IMG/VR virus record: IMGVR_UViG_3300034157_000065
Span: 128,831-192,830 of that record
DNA length: 64,000 bases
Reading direction: 5' to 3' (one strand)
From: a virus
Taxonomy: Duplodnaviria > Caudoviricetes
Shown: positions 8,997 to 19,636 of the stretch, in pieces
How the letters are laid out: every line of letters begins with the position of its first letter
Numbering within the stretch: the first letter of the stretch is position 1
Notes under the pieces: generated by a model
Database searches by the model: none
What the model saw: the letters and a program-made list of their open reading frames with translations, nothing else
Told to the model about the DNA's origin: nothing
Made by a program: the position numbers and the translations under genes

Positions 8997-9545
8997 ATGA
9001 ACAGTAAAATATTTTTATTTGTCCTCGTTGGTATTTTACCGATGTCTTCGTTTGCGGAGTATCGAATGAATGTTAAATTTTCTGACCCTAGCTCTATTTC
9101 TTTCGGAACAGTCTCCAATCCCGGTGAAGACACTCCTGAAGAACCAACCGAACCAACAGATACTTGTCCTACTAATATGCCAATGCCCACATTTGCGAGT
9201 GGATATCCATCTATTCAAAAAACGGTGAATTCAGTTTCCTATAGCGTTCAAATAACTGCAGCCGGTGGTTATTCAACCTATGCAGAAGTCGCGGCTGGTC
9301 AAGCTACTGGAACGCCTCGTTTTGTTAAAATGTTGATGACACAAATTTCTGGTAACTCGTATCCCGCGAACGGCGGTCTTTATGCTGGCACACTTCAAGC
9401 TTGGGTGATTAACTCAGGTCAGTCTTTGAATGTTACCATGATTCCTATAGTCTTTGATAACAGTGATGGTAGTGTTTGTGCCACTGGAACACCTTTTCAG
9501 TTAGTGAGTAAAACATATGCTCAACTCTATTCGGAAGCTCCTTAA
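8997..9545 (+). CDS. Exported protein, (E/D)YR N-terminal family
   Basis: Signal peptide SFA-EYRMNVKF...SISF; Pro/Glu/Thr linker; beta-rich C-domain with 2 Cys. Confidence 0.75.
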   Translation: MNSKIFLFVLVGILPMSSFAEYRMNVKFSDPSSISFGTVSNPGEDTPEEPTEPTDTCPTNMPMPTFASGYPSIQKTVNSVSYSVQITAAGGYSTYAEVAAGQATGTPRFVKMLMTQISGNSYPANGGLYAGTLQAWVINSGQSLNVTMIPIVFDNSDGSVCATGTPFQLVSKTYAQLYSEAP

Positions 9546-9657
9546 TTTAAATGATTACATTTAAGAACCTTTCAAGGTTCTTTTTTGTTAATTCATAGAC
9601 TTTTATTTTAGTGTATGTTATAATTCAGTCACCATACACAGCCAGAGAACTTTTAAA

Positions 9658-9996
9658 ATGATGGATCTTATGCTTAGTTTCGACCAACAACGTACACGTT
9701 TTGAACGTCATCATAAGAAAATATCACCTATTGCTTGTGATTATACTTGGGCTGACAATGGTTTTTCTGATGTCCATATTAATGCCACTTTTCTGGGGTG
9801 GATGATGGCTGTTCAGGCACATAGAGATGATGAAGTTAAGCTCTCTTACACTCACAATTATGGTTGGAGGTTTGAGTATCTAGCGACTGGTTTTTCTGTG
9901 ACTTGTCCTTTATTTTTCTATACCTATTCGACATTGGATCAGGCTATTGAATGGGGTAAAGAACAAGGTCTTGTCATTACTGAAATTGAAGATTAA
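9658..9996 (+). CDS. Hypothetical protein
   Basis: Promoter-ORF-terminator unit. Confidence 0.65.
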   Translation: MMDLMLSFDQQRTRFERHHKKISPIACDYTWADNGFSDVHINATFLGWMMAVQAHRDDEVKLSYTHNYGWRFEYLATGFSVTCPLFFYTYSTLDQAIEWGKEQGLVITEIED

Positions 9997-10052
9997 TAGC
10001 TTACTCTCAACGTAGATAACAAAAAACCCGGCTATTGCTGGGTTTTTCTTTT

Positions 10053-10562
10053 CTATTTAATGTTCCATTTCTCTCTGCAAACATGCCTTATTCTTTCAAT
10101 TTCATCTAAGAACCATTGATAATCAGTGGCTAGGTAGATCTTGTATTTACCGTTCTTCCCATACCAGTTGAAGTGAATAAATGGTAATGTTGAATGAACC
10201 AGTAAATCGAGAAGGTCTTTGTTTTGTCTAAGCTTGCATCTCAGACCTTCTAAGAGGTCTTCAACTTCTTCGGCAGTCAATCCAGTTGTTCTTGGGTTAA
10301 TTTTGTCGAGTTCATCGCCGCGTGTTTTAGCTTCATAGCCATACAACGAACGCAATTCATCATATTGTTGACCTGTCCAAATCCAAGCCCAGTAAGACTC
10401 AAGTGATTCGAAATGTCCGTGTTTTGGATGGTTGAATGGATAGTGTGAGAAATTGCTTAATGCCTTCCCAAGTTTTGTCTTTCCTTTGGAAGCTGCATTG
10501 ATGAATAGAATGCCATCATTATCTGGCGAAATGTCTTCTTCGTGTAAAATAGTCAATGTCAT
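10053..10562 (-). CDS. Conserved phage-type protein, possibly NADAR/YbiA-like
   Basis: LSNF...F.S.E.YW...K and K..QN..L..LL..T pattern recalls NADAR; by-eye match only. Confidence 0.5.
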   Translation of the reverse strand: MTLTILHEEDISPDNDGILFINAASKGKTKLGKALSNFSHYPFNHPKHGHFESLESYWAWIWTGQQYDELRSLYGYEAKTRGDELDKINPRTTGLTAEEVEDLLEGLRCKLRQNKDLLDLLVHSTLPFIHFNWYGKNGKYKIYLATDYQWFLDEIERIRHVCREKWNIK

Positions 10563-10638
10563 TGTTAATAACTCCTAATCGCTTTACTAACAATAACACA
10601 GATTTTACTCTTTTCAATTTTGAGAGTTTGGTTCAAAC

Positions 10639-11130
10639 TTATTTTTGTGTTGTGTCTTTTTGAGTTTTCGCTTCAAACTTTTTGAATTTATTGATGGCAA
10701 CATTCATTTCATCTTCAAGTTTCTTACGATTTTGTTCATCAATGATGTGTTGATCAAGTTTTAATTTTGGTCTTTCATTGAGGTCTTGAATGCAATCGGT
10801 AATCCAAGGGATGAATACACCATGTCTGACAGCTTTAATAGCATTCCAAATGAACAACAATGTCATTGCACCTGCACCCACGCAACCCAAGGTAAACAGC
10901 ACAGTAGACGCAAGGAAGTAGAGTGGGAAAAAGAAAGCAGACTCAGCCACATAGCTGATACGGATAATGAATTGCAGCATGAAGCCAATCACCATCATTG
11001 CCATTGACAGACAAAAGATAGTGCTTTTTACTGAATTGTCTACCAACATGCATTCCGGTATTTTTGATTTCAGGTCTATACTCATTTTTCGATCCTCGTT
11101 AAATACTGCAATTGTATCAAATAGAAACAC
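10639..11130 (-). CDS. Membrane protein (2 TM)
   Basis: Two hydrophobic segments; true start probably the internal MSIDLK. Confidence 0.65.
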   Translation of the reverse strand: MFLFDTIAVFNEDRKMSIDLKSKIPECMLVDNSVKSTIFCLSMAMMVIGFMLQFIIRISYVAESAFFFPLYFLASTVLFTLGCVGAGAMTLLFIWNAIKAVRHGVFIPWITDCIQDLNERPKLKLDQHIIDEQNRKKLEDEMNVAINKFKKFEAKTQKDTTQK

Positions 11131-11156
11131 TTATTGCAATAGATTATAACAATATA

Positions 11157-11669
11157 TTATATAACTAACATGTTGGCGAGAGTCAACCTTTGATTGAAAT
11201 CAATACTGTTGAAATCATACACACCAATGACATCTAATTCTGGTAGTAAATCTCTCATGTCTTGGCCTTCTGGTTGTTTTGAACGCATGTAAATATTTAA
11301 CAAATTTTTATCAACACTCGGATAAAAATGACTGATATAGCCATTTCTATCTCTTACATAATGATAAATGACCTTAGACAGTTCCAAATGATTTTCTTTT
11401 TTTACATCAGCATAAAAAATCCATAACACATCGCCATTGAATTTGTTGTAAAAGGAAAACCTTAAACTTTTAAATTTTCCATCATCAAAAAGAGCATCAC
11501 AGTCCTTAGACATACCGTCAAAAGACAGCTTTAATTTAATGGTATTGAAATTAAGTGTTTGTTTTAAAGGCATACCATTAGCATCCTGTTCGCACAAAAC
11601 TTCAAAATAACCGGGAAGTCCCCATTTATTTTTGTCTTCGAAATCAGTGAGTGTAAATTTTTCGTACAT
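11157..11669 (-). CDS. Paralog family A (LPE..YDFxS..F..R; ends RLTLANMLVI)
   Basis: Conserved C-terminal block shared with 5 other ORFs. Confidence 0.8.
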   Translation of the reverse strand: MYEKFTLTDFEDKNKWGLPGYFEVLCEQDANGMPLKQTLNFNTIKLKLSFDGMSKDCDALFDDGKFKSLRFSFYNKFNGDVLWIFYADVKKENHLELSKVIYHYVRDRNGYISHFYPSVDKNLLNIYMRSKQPEGQDMRDLLPELDVIGVYDFNSIDFNQRLTLANMLVI

Positions 11670-12181
11670 TAGATTAATACCATATTAGCGAGGGATACTC
11701 GTTGTTTAAAAGATTCACTGGCAAAGTCATAGACTCCCGTGATGTGTAGTTCTGGCAATAGTTCTTCCATGACAGCTTGATGACCAGTATGGATTGCCAT
11801 CAGCACTTTTAGTAAATCTTCTTCTAGAATGGCTCCGAATTGGTGCTTGTCAGCCTCTTGAATGCGGCCACCTGTTTTACTGCAGCCAAATAAAGCTTTA
11901 ACGAAATTGAGTTCTTTATCAAACAATATACTGAGCTTATGTGTAAAATGTTTATTGTGAAAATAAAATTTAAGTGATTTAAATTCAAGTTCGTCAGAAA
12001 ATGTGGCAACACATAACTCAGTTAAACCATTAAATGAGAATCCTGTCTTAATATCAAGTTTTCTTATTTCTTTGTATTTGTGATTAGGCGTAATAATTTC
12101 TTTCGCCAATGCTTCAAGATTCGCCACTAATCCAGTTTTGTCGGCGTTCAGAAAATTTGAAATAACAGGAGCATTAGACAT
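11669..12181 (-). CDS. Paralog family A (ends RVSLANMVLI)
   Basis: LLPELHITGVYDFASESFKQR block; TAATG coupling to next gene. Confidence 0.8.
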   Translation of the reverse strand: MSNAPVISNFLNADKTGLVANLEALAKEIITPNHKYKEIRKLDIKTGFSFNGLTELCVATFSDELEFKSLKFYFHNKHFTHKLSILFDKELNFVKALFGCSKTGGRIQEADKHQFGAILEEDLLKVLMAIHTGHQAVMEELLPELHITGVYDFASESFKQRVSLANMVLI

Positions 12182-12384
12182 AGAGAATACCTTTTAAAAA
12201 GTAATCATTAGCATATCACATTTCAATTATTAAAATCAATCATTATCGAAATTTTGATGGATACCTCTCCTATAACAAGAATATTAATACCGTGCTCATT
12301 GATACAGCTCTATTTAAATAAGGCTTGTGGTTGATTGAGAAAAGCATTATAATGAGCCATCTTAAATTATGAAGGATAATTTCA

Positions 12385-12933
12385 ATGACGACTGCTATGA
12401 AACTTAAAAAAGATGACCTTTTCGTTGTGACCACTAACATCGCTGGTTCGGCTATCAAGGCTGGTCATATTGTCTTTGTGCATAAAGGTGGTGCTAATCC
12501 GATTATGGCACGCTTCGATGAGGTTACTAGTAAAACGGTTTCTTACAAGAAAGAAGCCACTGCACACTTCATGAAATATCTTCGTCCAGCCACAGCGGCT
12601 GACATCAAAGGCGATTTTGCTGATTGCGTCATTTTGAAGAACGATGAACATGAAACCCATCGTGGCGTTGCTTTCAATACCGTAGTAGGCATTAATAAAA
12701 AACCTGTCTTTGCTATTGCTAACACGGGTGTGGGTGGAATGACGACTGTTGAAGTTCATGATACAGTCAAAACCACTGAGATCATGGCGAAGTTTCGCCA
12801 ACTGTTGAATGCACATTCGCCTACTGGCAAAGATGACTTGGATGAGTTTGTTTACGAAGGGTTTGTGAACTTTCTTATGCATGACAGTAAAATCATGAAT
12901 GTCGAAACCTACGTTAAGCATCGTTATACCTAA
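12385..12933 (+). CDS. Hypothetical protein
   Basis: AAGGA RBS, promoter and terminator. Confidence 0.7.
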   Translation: MTTAMKLKKDDLFVVTTNIAGSAIKAGHIVFVHKGGANPIMARFDEVTSKTVSYKKEATAHFMKYLRPATAADIKGDFADCVILKNDEHETHRGVAFNTVVGINKKPVFAIANTGVGGMTTVEVHDTVKTTEIMAKFRQLLNAHSPTGKDDLDEFVYEGFVNFLMHDSKIMNVETYVKHRYT

Positions 12934-13106
12934 TAATCAACCATTTCACGAACCAAAAGAGGATGTCTAAGGATGTCCTTTTTTTTTAAAAGACATAAAT
13001 CCGTTTTAGCCACATACCATGATGTTATATTACATTATCTTAAATTTCCTTTGATCTATGTCAATAAATAGTGTATAATTTCAAATATCATTAAGGTACC
13101 TAAATT

Positions 13107-14105
13107 ATGCATAGCTTCCATTCTCATCACTCTCATGACGAACATGCCCATGACACTGTTAATGTGGCAAACCATGATCATTGTCCTAGTCTTCACATTC
13201 ATGAAATCAATAAGCAAAAAGCCAGTGGCCGCAAAAAGCTTGCCATTATTATGGGTATTACCTTTGCTTTTGCGATTGTTGAAATGATTGGGGGTTGGTT
13301 TTCTGGATCATTGGCTTTGATTTCTGACGCATTCCATATGTTAACTGACTCATCTTCATTGATGTTGGCTTTAATTATGGCAATTCTTGCCCAAAAGCCC
13401 GCTGATGATAGATATTCCTATGGACATGGCCGTTGGGAGATTATAGGGGCATTACTGAATGGTTTGTTCATGATTGCTGTGATTGTCTTCTTGGTCTATG
13501 AAGGCATTGACCGAATCCTTAATCCCAGAGCGGTTGAACCGACTACCATTATTTGGATTGCCTCTATTGGATTGGCTATCAATATCTTTGCAGCATGGTT
13601 ATTGCACTCACACAGCCACTCATTAAACACCCGAGGTGCCTTTCTCCATGTGCTTGGTGATTTACTGGGTAGCGTTGCCGCTATTGCTGCTGGTGTGATT
13701 ATTTATTTCACTGGCATGACTGTCTTTGACCCGATTATTTCTATTGTTGTGGCTCTTATTTTGGTTGTTCCTACTTACAACTTGTTGAAACAAACAGCCA
13801 GAATCATCTTAGAAGGTGTTCCAGAACATATTGATTATGTCGAAGTCGGCAAGAACTTGAATGACATCCCTAATGTTATCTCAGTGCATGACCTCCATAT
13901 TTGGTCAATGACTTCTGAACATATCTCATTGTCTGCACACGTTGAGATTTCTAGCATGAACGAATGGGAAACAGTGTTAGCTGATATTCAATTGATGTTA
14001 TCTGAGAAGTTCCAGATTAACCACATCACCTTACAGCCCGAAGTGCATAAAGAAGAATTAGAAGAAAAAGCTGACGATCATCATCACAGTCATCACGCTC
14101 ATTAA
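13107..14105 (+). CDS. Cation diffusion facilitator (ZitB/CzcD-like Zn/Co/Cd efflux)
   Basis: SLALISDAFHMLTD, YSYGHGRWE, GAFLHVLGDLLGS, VHDLHIW; His-rich termini; 6 TM. Confidence 0.95.
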   Translation: MHSFHSHHSHDEHAHDTVNVANHDHCPSLHIHEINKQKASGRKKLAIIMGITFAFAIVEMIGGWFSGSLALISDAFHMLTDSSSLMLALIMAILAQKPADDRYSYGHGRWEIIGALLNGLFMIAVIVFLVYEGIDRILNPRAVEPTTIIWIASIGLAINIFAAWLLHSHSHSLNTRGAFLHVLGDLLGSVAAIAAGVIIYFTGMTVFDPIISIVVALILVVPTYNLLKQTARIILEGVPEHIDYVEVGKNLNDIPNVISVHDLHIWSMTSEHISLSAHVEISSMNEWETVLADIQLMLSEKFQINHITLQPEVHKEELEEKADDHHHSHHAH

Positions 14106-14170
14106 ATAACGCTTTTAACTGTCCGTTGTTTGTGGTATAATCGCTGTATTATCAATAACGGACTTTTAAC

Positions 14171-14449
14171 ATGAACCTTTTGAAATACTTGTTTGACTGG
14201 AACAACCATCCCATTCGCATTCTTTATACTCTCATTCCCATTGTTATCCTTAAATTTGGCTATTTACTAGCCTATTCCGTTGCACAGATTACTGTGAATA
14301 ACGACTGGTTTTATCTGTCAGTTACCATCCTTGGTTTTATTATTCTTATTGTTTGTGTATGGCCTCTATTTCGTATTATTCGTGATAAGGAAGCCGAAAA
14401 CAAATTAAAAGAACAGCATAAAAAAGATGAAAATGATCAAAAAAATTGA
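14171..14449 (+). CDS. Small membrane protein (2 TM)
   Basis: Two hydrophobic helices and a charged tail. Confidence 0.65.
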   Translation: MNLLKYLFDWNNHPIRILYTLIPIVILKFGYLLAYSVAQITVNNDWFYLSVTILGFIILIVCVWPLFRIIRDKEAENKLKEQHKKDENDQKN

Positions 14450-14542
14450 CCTTTTTATTTTTTATTGATATACTAACAACCTCAATTAGACAGATAGACC
14501 TGTTTAAAACTTAACAGCCAGCAACATCTTGGAGTTCATTAA

Positions 14543-14875
14543 ATGACTAACGCTACTATTAAAATTGATAACAAAGAAATCTCGACTCTGGCAGCAGAAT
14601 GGCTTGATGCTATTGAAACCATTCCAAACGAAAGTATTTATTCCAAAATGAAGGTTCGTGAAGAGTCGATGAATTTGTGGAACATGTTCCGTAACAACTG
14701 TGATGTGCTGGTTAATGGCGATGTTTCCATTGTTGTGACCGAAGTTGACATCATGCAAAAATCCAAGGCGTATGCGGTGTTTGTTCACTCTTTACCAGAA
14801 AACATTCGAGAGCTGTTTAATAGTAAGTTTGAAAACTTTTGGGACGCTGTATGCACCCATATGGTTCTCAAATAA
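14543..14875 (+). CDS. Hypothetical protein
   Basis: GGAG RBS; terminator ~14888-14918. Confidence 0.7.
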   Translation: MTNATIKIDNKEISTLAAEWLDAIETIPNESIYSKMKVREESMNLWNMFRNNCDVLVNGDVSIVVTEVDIMQKSKAYAVFVHSLPENIRELFNSKFENFWDAVCTHMVLK

Positions 14876-14909
14876 AATAGAACTCGAAAAAAAAGCCTCT
14901 TCGGAGGCT

Positions 14910-15812
14910 TTATTTTTTGAAGATTAAATCTAATTGACCTTCATAATCATTGATGTTAGGCAAACCATCACAATTATAATCAGCATTGAAACTACTGCCA
15001 ATGTTTGAGAAGTATCTTCTTTCCATTACACACTCATAATCTTTTGGTGATTTGGTTGTTCTTACAATGACTACATTAGGCACATTGAGCAATGTGGTAG
15101 AATGCACACCATCCATTCTAAATTTTAAGGTTTGAGACAAGCTTTCAATAATATAGTTTTCTGGATAAACATCGTTTTCTTGACTTCTTATTGAACCATT
15201 GACTTTATAGATGTCTCTTTGTGATTTATACACGTCATCACTGTAATCAAAATCAATAGAAATGCTCAAGTTACCCATTGAGCTTGCTAATTCTGTTGTG
15301 TTTGTCAACATTGTGATATCTTTATTCTTATTCACACCTTCATATTCAATTCCATATCTTTTATGGTTTCCACTTTCTATCAAAGGTGGATTGGTATTCA
15401 ATTCAATTGATATCATGGGTACAGAGTATGATGGTTTGTTTTCGACCATCTCATAGTTTTCATTAGGTAATAACGACTTCAATGCTATACTTGTTTTTGT
15501 TTTTTCCATGTCTGATGTGATTACTCTTCTCAGTGGTGGAGTAAAACTGTTATCAATCGTATAACGTCTGCCTTGTAAAAGTTTCTGTTCCTTTTGTCTA
15601 TACAACTCAGGATCAATTTTGTCGATGGCGGTACTGAGCAATTCGTCTTCAATACCCACAAAAGATTCTTTTTTTACTGTTTCAACGGTTTCAACTGGTT
15701 TTGAATGATTGATACCTTCAATTTCAATTTCTTTCTCTTTGCTGATGCTGTAATACAAAACAGCGGCTACAATTATTACTGGTATCCATATTAACACGTC
15801 CTTCTTTGCCAT
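14910..15812 (-). CDS. N-terminally membrane-anchored hypothetical protein
   Basis: Single N-terminal TM, 300 aa. Confidence 0.75.
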   Translation of the reverse strand: MAKKDVLIWIPVIIVAAVLYYSISKEKEIEIEGINHSKPVETVETVKKESFVGIEDELLSTAIDKIDPELYRQKEQKLLQGRRYTIDNSFTPPLRRVITSDMEKTKTSIALKSLLPNENYEMVENKPSYSVPMISIELNTNPPLIESGNHKRYGIEYEGVNKNKDITMLTNTTELASSMGNLSISIDFDYSDDVYKSQRDIYKVNGSIRSQENDVYPENYIIESLSQTLKFRMDGVHSTTLLNVPNVVIVRTTKSPKDYECVMERRYFSNIGSSFNADYNCDGLPNINDYEGQLDLIFKK

Positions 15813-16115
15813 CTTAAATTCCTATATGTGCTCTTTAAATAAGACCATATATTCATTATAATGTCAATATATTATTATTTATATAAAGTCATTTTTGACC
15901 ATTATATTAGTGATTAAATGGTATGCTTTGCAATAAAACTGTCATCTTACAAATTTAACTTTTCTTATTTAATTGAGGATTAACGATAGAATTGCTTTTG
16001 ATGGTTATTAAACGATTAATTATTGAAAATATTTTTAAATTTATTTTTGTTTAATTCGTTATATATCCCATTTATTAAATTTAAAACAAAAAAAAGAGCC
16101 ATCAGGCTCTTTTCT

Positions 16116-16373
16116 TCATTGTTTTGGTATGTAAACTGGAACTGGTAATGTTTTACCATCAAAGCAACGATGTGGTCCAGCCAAATGCCAAACCTTTTCG
16201 TCATCTTGTGTTCCAATGTATTCGCAATTTTCTATCTGGAATTTCTTGTAGCTGAAGCCATATCCCGTTTTTTCTAATTTTGTGTCGCTGAAACTGCTGT
16301 CATTGATTGCGTTAGCACAACCTGTCAATAAAATACTGCCTGCGATCAAAACTCCATACATTAATTTATTCAT
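16116..16373 (-). CDS. Small lipoprotein
   Basis: Lipobox LTGC; AGGAG RBS. Confidence 0.7.
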   Translation of the reverse strand: MNKLMYGVLIAGSILLTGCANAINDSSFSDTKLEKTGYGFSYKKFQIENCEYIGTQDDEKVWHLAGPHRCFDGKTLPVPVYIPKQ

Positions 16374-16483
16374 TAAAACTCCTTTTAGTCGTTAACAACT
16401 TTATATTACAATTAAAGATTTAAGTCAACTACTAATCAAAGTTTTAATGAACAGTTTCAATGATATATTGTTAATAACAGTCT

Positions 16484-16930
16484 TTAACTAGCGAGTTTTT
16501 GAGACTTTCGAATTTCTTTCAACTTATGTTCGATTTTCCCTTTTTCAAAATTGCAGATCATGCACATGGTCTGTGTGTTGGCAATATTGTCAGCCCCACC
16601 CAAAGAACGTGCCAGAATATGGTCGTGTGTCATCAAGACTTGTTTTCCATTGGGGGCAATAGCCCAAAGGTTGAGATGATAATTCACATCACCTTCATGA
16701 CGTTCCATTGCAAAAAAGGCTCCTTTAATGCCACAGTCAACACATTCAATCCCATGCGTTGCAAAGGTGCGAAGACGCAACGAAGACAACTTCACTTGTT
16801 GACCAGAAAATTCTACACGTTTGGCTTTACCCTTGTGTTCAGGATCAAGAGGGCGTTCGTTGTATTCTTTGATAGCGTTAAGGGTTTCTTCCAGTTCGCA
16901 TTTTTTCAGTCGTAGATAATTAGTGGACAT
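16484..16930 (-). CDS. HNH endonuclease domain protein
   Basis: CVDC...THDHILARSLGGADNIANTQTMCMICNFEKG. Confidence 0.85.
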   Translation of the reverse strand: MSTNYLRLKKCELEETLNAIKEYNERPLDPEHKGKAKRVEFSGQQVKLSSLRLRTFATHGIECVDCGIKGAFFAMERHEGDVNYHLNLWAIAPNGKQVLMTHDHILARSLGGADNIANTQTMCMICNFEKGKIEHKLKEIRKSQKLAS

Positions 16931-17028
16931 GAGATAATTCCTTACATTTGTTCAATTTAAACAATTATAACAAAAAACTGACCGTAAAGCCAGTGATTAA
17001 TAAACAAAAAATCGCCATTAGGCGACTT

Positions 17029-17376
17029 TTAAGGTTTTGCTGGTTTCCATCTTGGATTTATATCTTCAAGCTTACTTTCAGTGATAGTTTTAGGTTTGTA
17101 AGACTCAGTGATGAATACACCCATTTCTTTACCATCAAGTTTGTAATTAGTTTTGTTCGCCACTTTTTCAGCGTCAACTTTGTATTCTTGTCCTCTGAAC
17201 TCAACTCTTGCAGCAACTACTGGACTTTTTTCATCGTATTTAAAGCCTTCGATTTTTACTTTACCTACCTCGATAGCCCCTGTTTGAAGGTCAACCAAGC
17301 ATTCTTTCTGGATGTTTTTGCCATCTGCTCTTGTTTCAACAAATGAAGCCTTCTTTTTAACGTCAGTCTCTTTCAT
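17029..17376 (-). CDS. Hypothetical protein with basic/Pro C-terminal tail
   Basis: ORF with own promoter and terminator; ends NPRWKPAKP. Confidence 0.65.
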   Translation of the reverse strand: MKETDVKKKASFVETRADGKNIQKECLVDLQTGAIEVGKVKIEGFKYDEKSPVVAARVEFRGQEYKVDAEKVANKTNYKLDGKEMGVFITESYKPKTITESKLEDINPRWKPAKP

Positions 17377-17492
17377 TTTTCAATCTCTTGTTTTTTATCA
17401 TTATAGCATATTTAAAATATTCCTCAAATCACCTTGCCGATTTTTTACGTTTCTGTTATAATCCATTCATTAAATCACATGAGGCTTTACCC

Positions 17493-17981
17493 ATGAATAC
17501 TGTACGTCTCGAAGTCGTTGTTAACGCCTTTCAAAACACTCCTGATTTTGATACCAAAGATAGTGATAATTTAGCCATTATCTTGGATTCAGTTTCACGC
17601 AAGAATTTCTCTGGGGCTGCTTATAGCTTGAAAAGTCTATCGTCTGGTCAGTTCTTCTATCCAGAAGAATATCGCGTTCAAATTGCTTTTTGTAAAGCGA
17701 TTAAGCTTGAATTGATGGCTCTTGGTAAAGAACATTACCATGAAGAAATTGCTAAACGCATTGATTTTCTTTTCAATAGCACCTATTTCAAACCTGATAT
17801 GGCTATTCTTCTACCAGCACTCAGCTATGACAATAAAAAAGTGTTGAATGTTGAAAAACTTGAAGAAGCTGTTGCCTTTTATGACAACCGTAAAGAAGAG
17901 TTTGATCCTGTTATTTCTCGTATTCTTCAAGAAATTGATCTTAATCATAACTTGATGAAAAATTATTTGAAGGATGTCTAA
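17493..17981 (+). CDS. Hypothetical protein (possible distant paralog of 36702..37184)
   Basis: GAGG RBS before ATG 17493. Confidence 0.7.
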   Translation: MNTVRLEVVVNAFQNTPDFDTKDSDNLAIILDSVSRKNFSGAAYSLKSLSSGQFFYPEEYRVQIAFCKAIKLELMALGKEHYHEEIAKRIDFLFNSTYFKPDMAILLPALSYDNKKVLNVEKLEEAVAFYDNRKEEFDPVISRILQEIDLNHNLMKNYLKDV

Positions 17982-18432
17982 TATGGATATCACCACACAA
18001 AAACTTAAAGCACAACATCTCAAGAGTTTCAACGAAGCTCTTGTGATTGCTGAATCTATTGCAAAAGAACGAACGGCAAACATTTGTTTTTATGCAGGAT
18101 CTAATCGGGTTGAAATGAATCGGATGATTGCAGCCAACAATGCGGAATGTTCAAAGTTTAATGCGGTCTACGGAAAATTCTTTGACCATTTTGAAGCTCA
18201 GTTTCTGGATGATGTTGATATTGAACCGTTTACACAAGACGACATTAAAAACATGGAACAGTTGTTTCAGATTAAAATTGATTCCATGAATAAAGCTAAA
18301 GATGACTTAATGCGTTACAGCACTGACAACATGGTTTCTTTCAGTGTCTCCACAGAAGTCAGTCGAATTACATTTGTGTTTAAAGACATTGTTGATATTA
18401 TTAAAGAACATTACATGGCAAAACATGAATAA
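17974..18432 (+). CDS. Hypothetical protein
   Basis: Overlap-coupled operon member. Confidence 0.7.
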   Translation: MSNMDITTQKLKAQHLKSFNEALVIAESIAKERTANICFYAGSNRVEMNRMIAANNAECSKFNAVYGKFFDHFEAQFLDDVDIEPFTQDDIKNMEQLFQIKIDSMNKAKDDLMRYSTDNMVSFSVSTEVSRITFVFKDIVDIIKEHYMAKHE

Positions 18433-18973
18433 AAATATTGAAAAAATAAAAAGACAGATGAATAAACCCCTAGCAAGCAATGGTGTGTCCCTTGTTCGCT
18501 GGGGTGGTTTAACGATGGTTCGCCAGAAAGGCAACTATGGTCGAGACACATTCCATGCCGCACCAGAACGCTATGGGTTTTATGCTTTCTTATTTCCATT
18601 CATCGACTTATTTCTTATCAGTTCCACTAAAAAAACTGAGTTTAATGCCGGAGTTCGAAAAGAATTTCATGCTATCGGTGGTGTTATCTGGACGCATATT
18701 AAACCTGATGACGCTTCTATGATTCTGGATGTTCATGGCGATTGGTTTAAAGTGGATGTGTCTAACCTGAACAAAATGGTTCAGAAGGCGTTTGCGGTTG
18801 AAAGCTCAGTTGTTCAATCTGATTACTTCTTTGAAAATCATGAAACCAGAACCCCTTGGAAGTGTTATCAAGGCAAAGAATTAAAGGTTCAAAGGGTCAA
18901 TGCTTATGGTGGTTATGGCCGTATGACTGACAATTTGGAGGTTTTTGTTTGCCGAGATACCAAAATTTCTTAA
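18425..18973 (+). CDS. Hypothetical protein
   Basis: Coupled start at 18425; RWGGL...FHAAPERYGFYAF. Confidence 0.7.
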   Translation: MNKNIEKIKRQMNKPLASNGVSLVRWGGLTMVRQKGNYGRDTFHAAPERYGFYAFLFPFIDLFLISSTKKTEFNAGVRKEFHAIGGVIWTHIKPDDASMILDVHGDWFKVDVSNLNKMVQKAFAVESSVVQSDYFFENHETRTPWKCYQGKELKVQRVNAYGGYGRMTDNLEVFVCRDTKIS

Positions 18974-19060
18974 TTTTTTCTAGAAAATTGATGAAGGCTC
19001 TTGTCTGTTTATAGTTTTTTTGCTATACTACACTCAATCAAACAGAAAAGAGAGTTTATC

Positions 19061-19369
19061 ATGAACCGTCTAAATATTTTTGAAATACCACTCTTTGATA
19101 ATCCAACTCCACAGCCGGTTCAGTATCTTGAAGTTCGTGTTCAGTTTAAGGACACTAACTTTATTGAGACGGTAAACTTTCAAAGCCTTAATGTTTTCAA
19201 GTTTGTGGCAGATGATGTGACTGTTCTTCGTTGGAAGCATATTTCCGAACTTGATGACTCGAAGGAAATTGAAGGCGAAGGCACTAGTTTTGAAACAATG
19301 AGCAACTACTTCTCTCAACTGGAAGCTGATGCTCTTAAAGCTGAGAAAGCTAAAAAAAATAAACGCTAA
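19061..19369 (+). CDS. Hypothetical protein
   Basis: Promoter and purine-rich RBS before ATG 19061. Confidence 0.65.
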   Translation: MNRLNIFEIPLFDNPTPQPVQYLEVRVQFKDTNFIETVNFQSLNVFKFVADDVTVLRWKHISELDDSKEIEGEGTSFETMSNYFSQLEADALKAEKAKKNKR

Positions 19370-19382
19370 GAAGGAATATATT

Positions 19383-19577
19383 ATGACGCCAGAACAACGT
19401 ATCCTGCATGGTCAACGTGAAAGCGACGATGATGGCTTTACTTATGTAGCCGGTAAGCACAAGGCTGGTCGTGTTAAACGCACTCGTAACCGTAACTCTA
19501 CTGCTCGCAATATGCGTAATGACAAGCGTTCTGTTAAAGCTGCTGAAATGAAACGCATGTTGAAAGAGTCCTTCTAA
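19383..19577 (+). CDS. Small very basic protein
   Basis: AAGGA RBS; Arg/Lys-rich; terminator after. Confidence 0.7.
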   Translation: MTPEQRILHGQRESDDDGFTYVAGKHKAGRVKRTRNRNSTARNMRNDKRSVKAAEMKRMLKESF

Positions 19578-19636
19578 ATACAAGGCTTTCGGGCCTTGTT
19601 CTTTTCCCATTATTATTTTATTGAGGATTCATCTAT

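Noticed and set aside
16484-16930. Intron- or IscB-associated mobile HNH element
   Set aside because: No interrupted host gene, RuvC motifs or flanking structured RNA visible.
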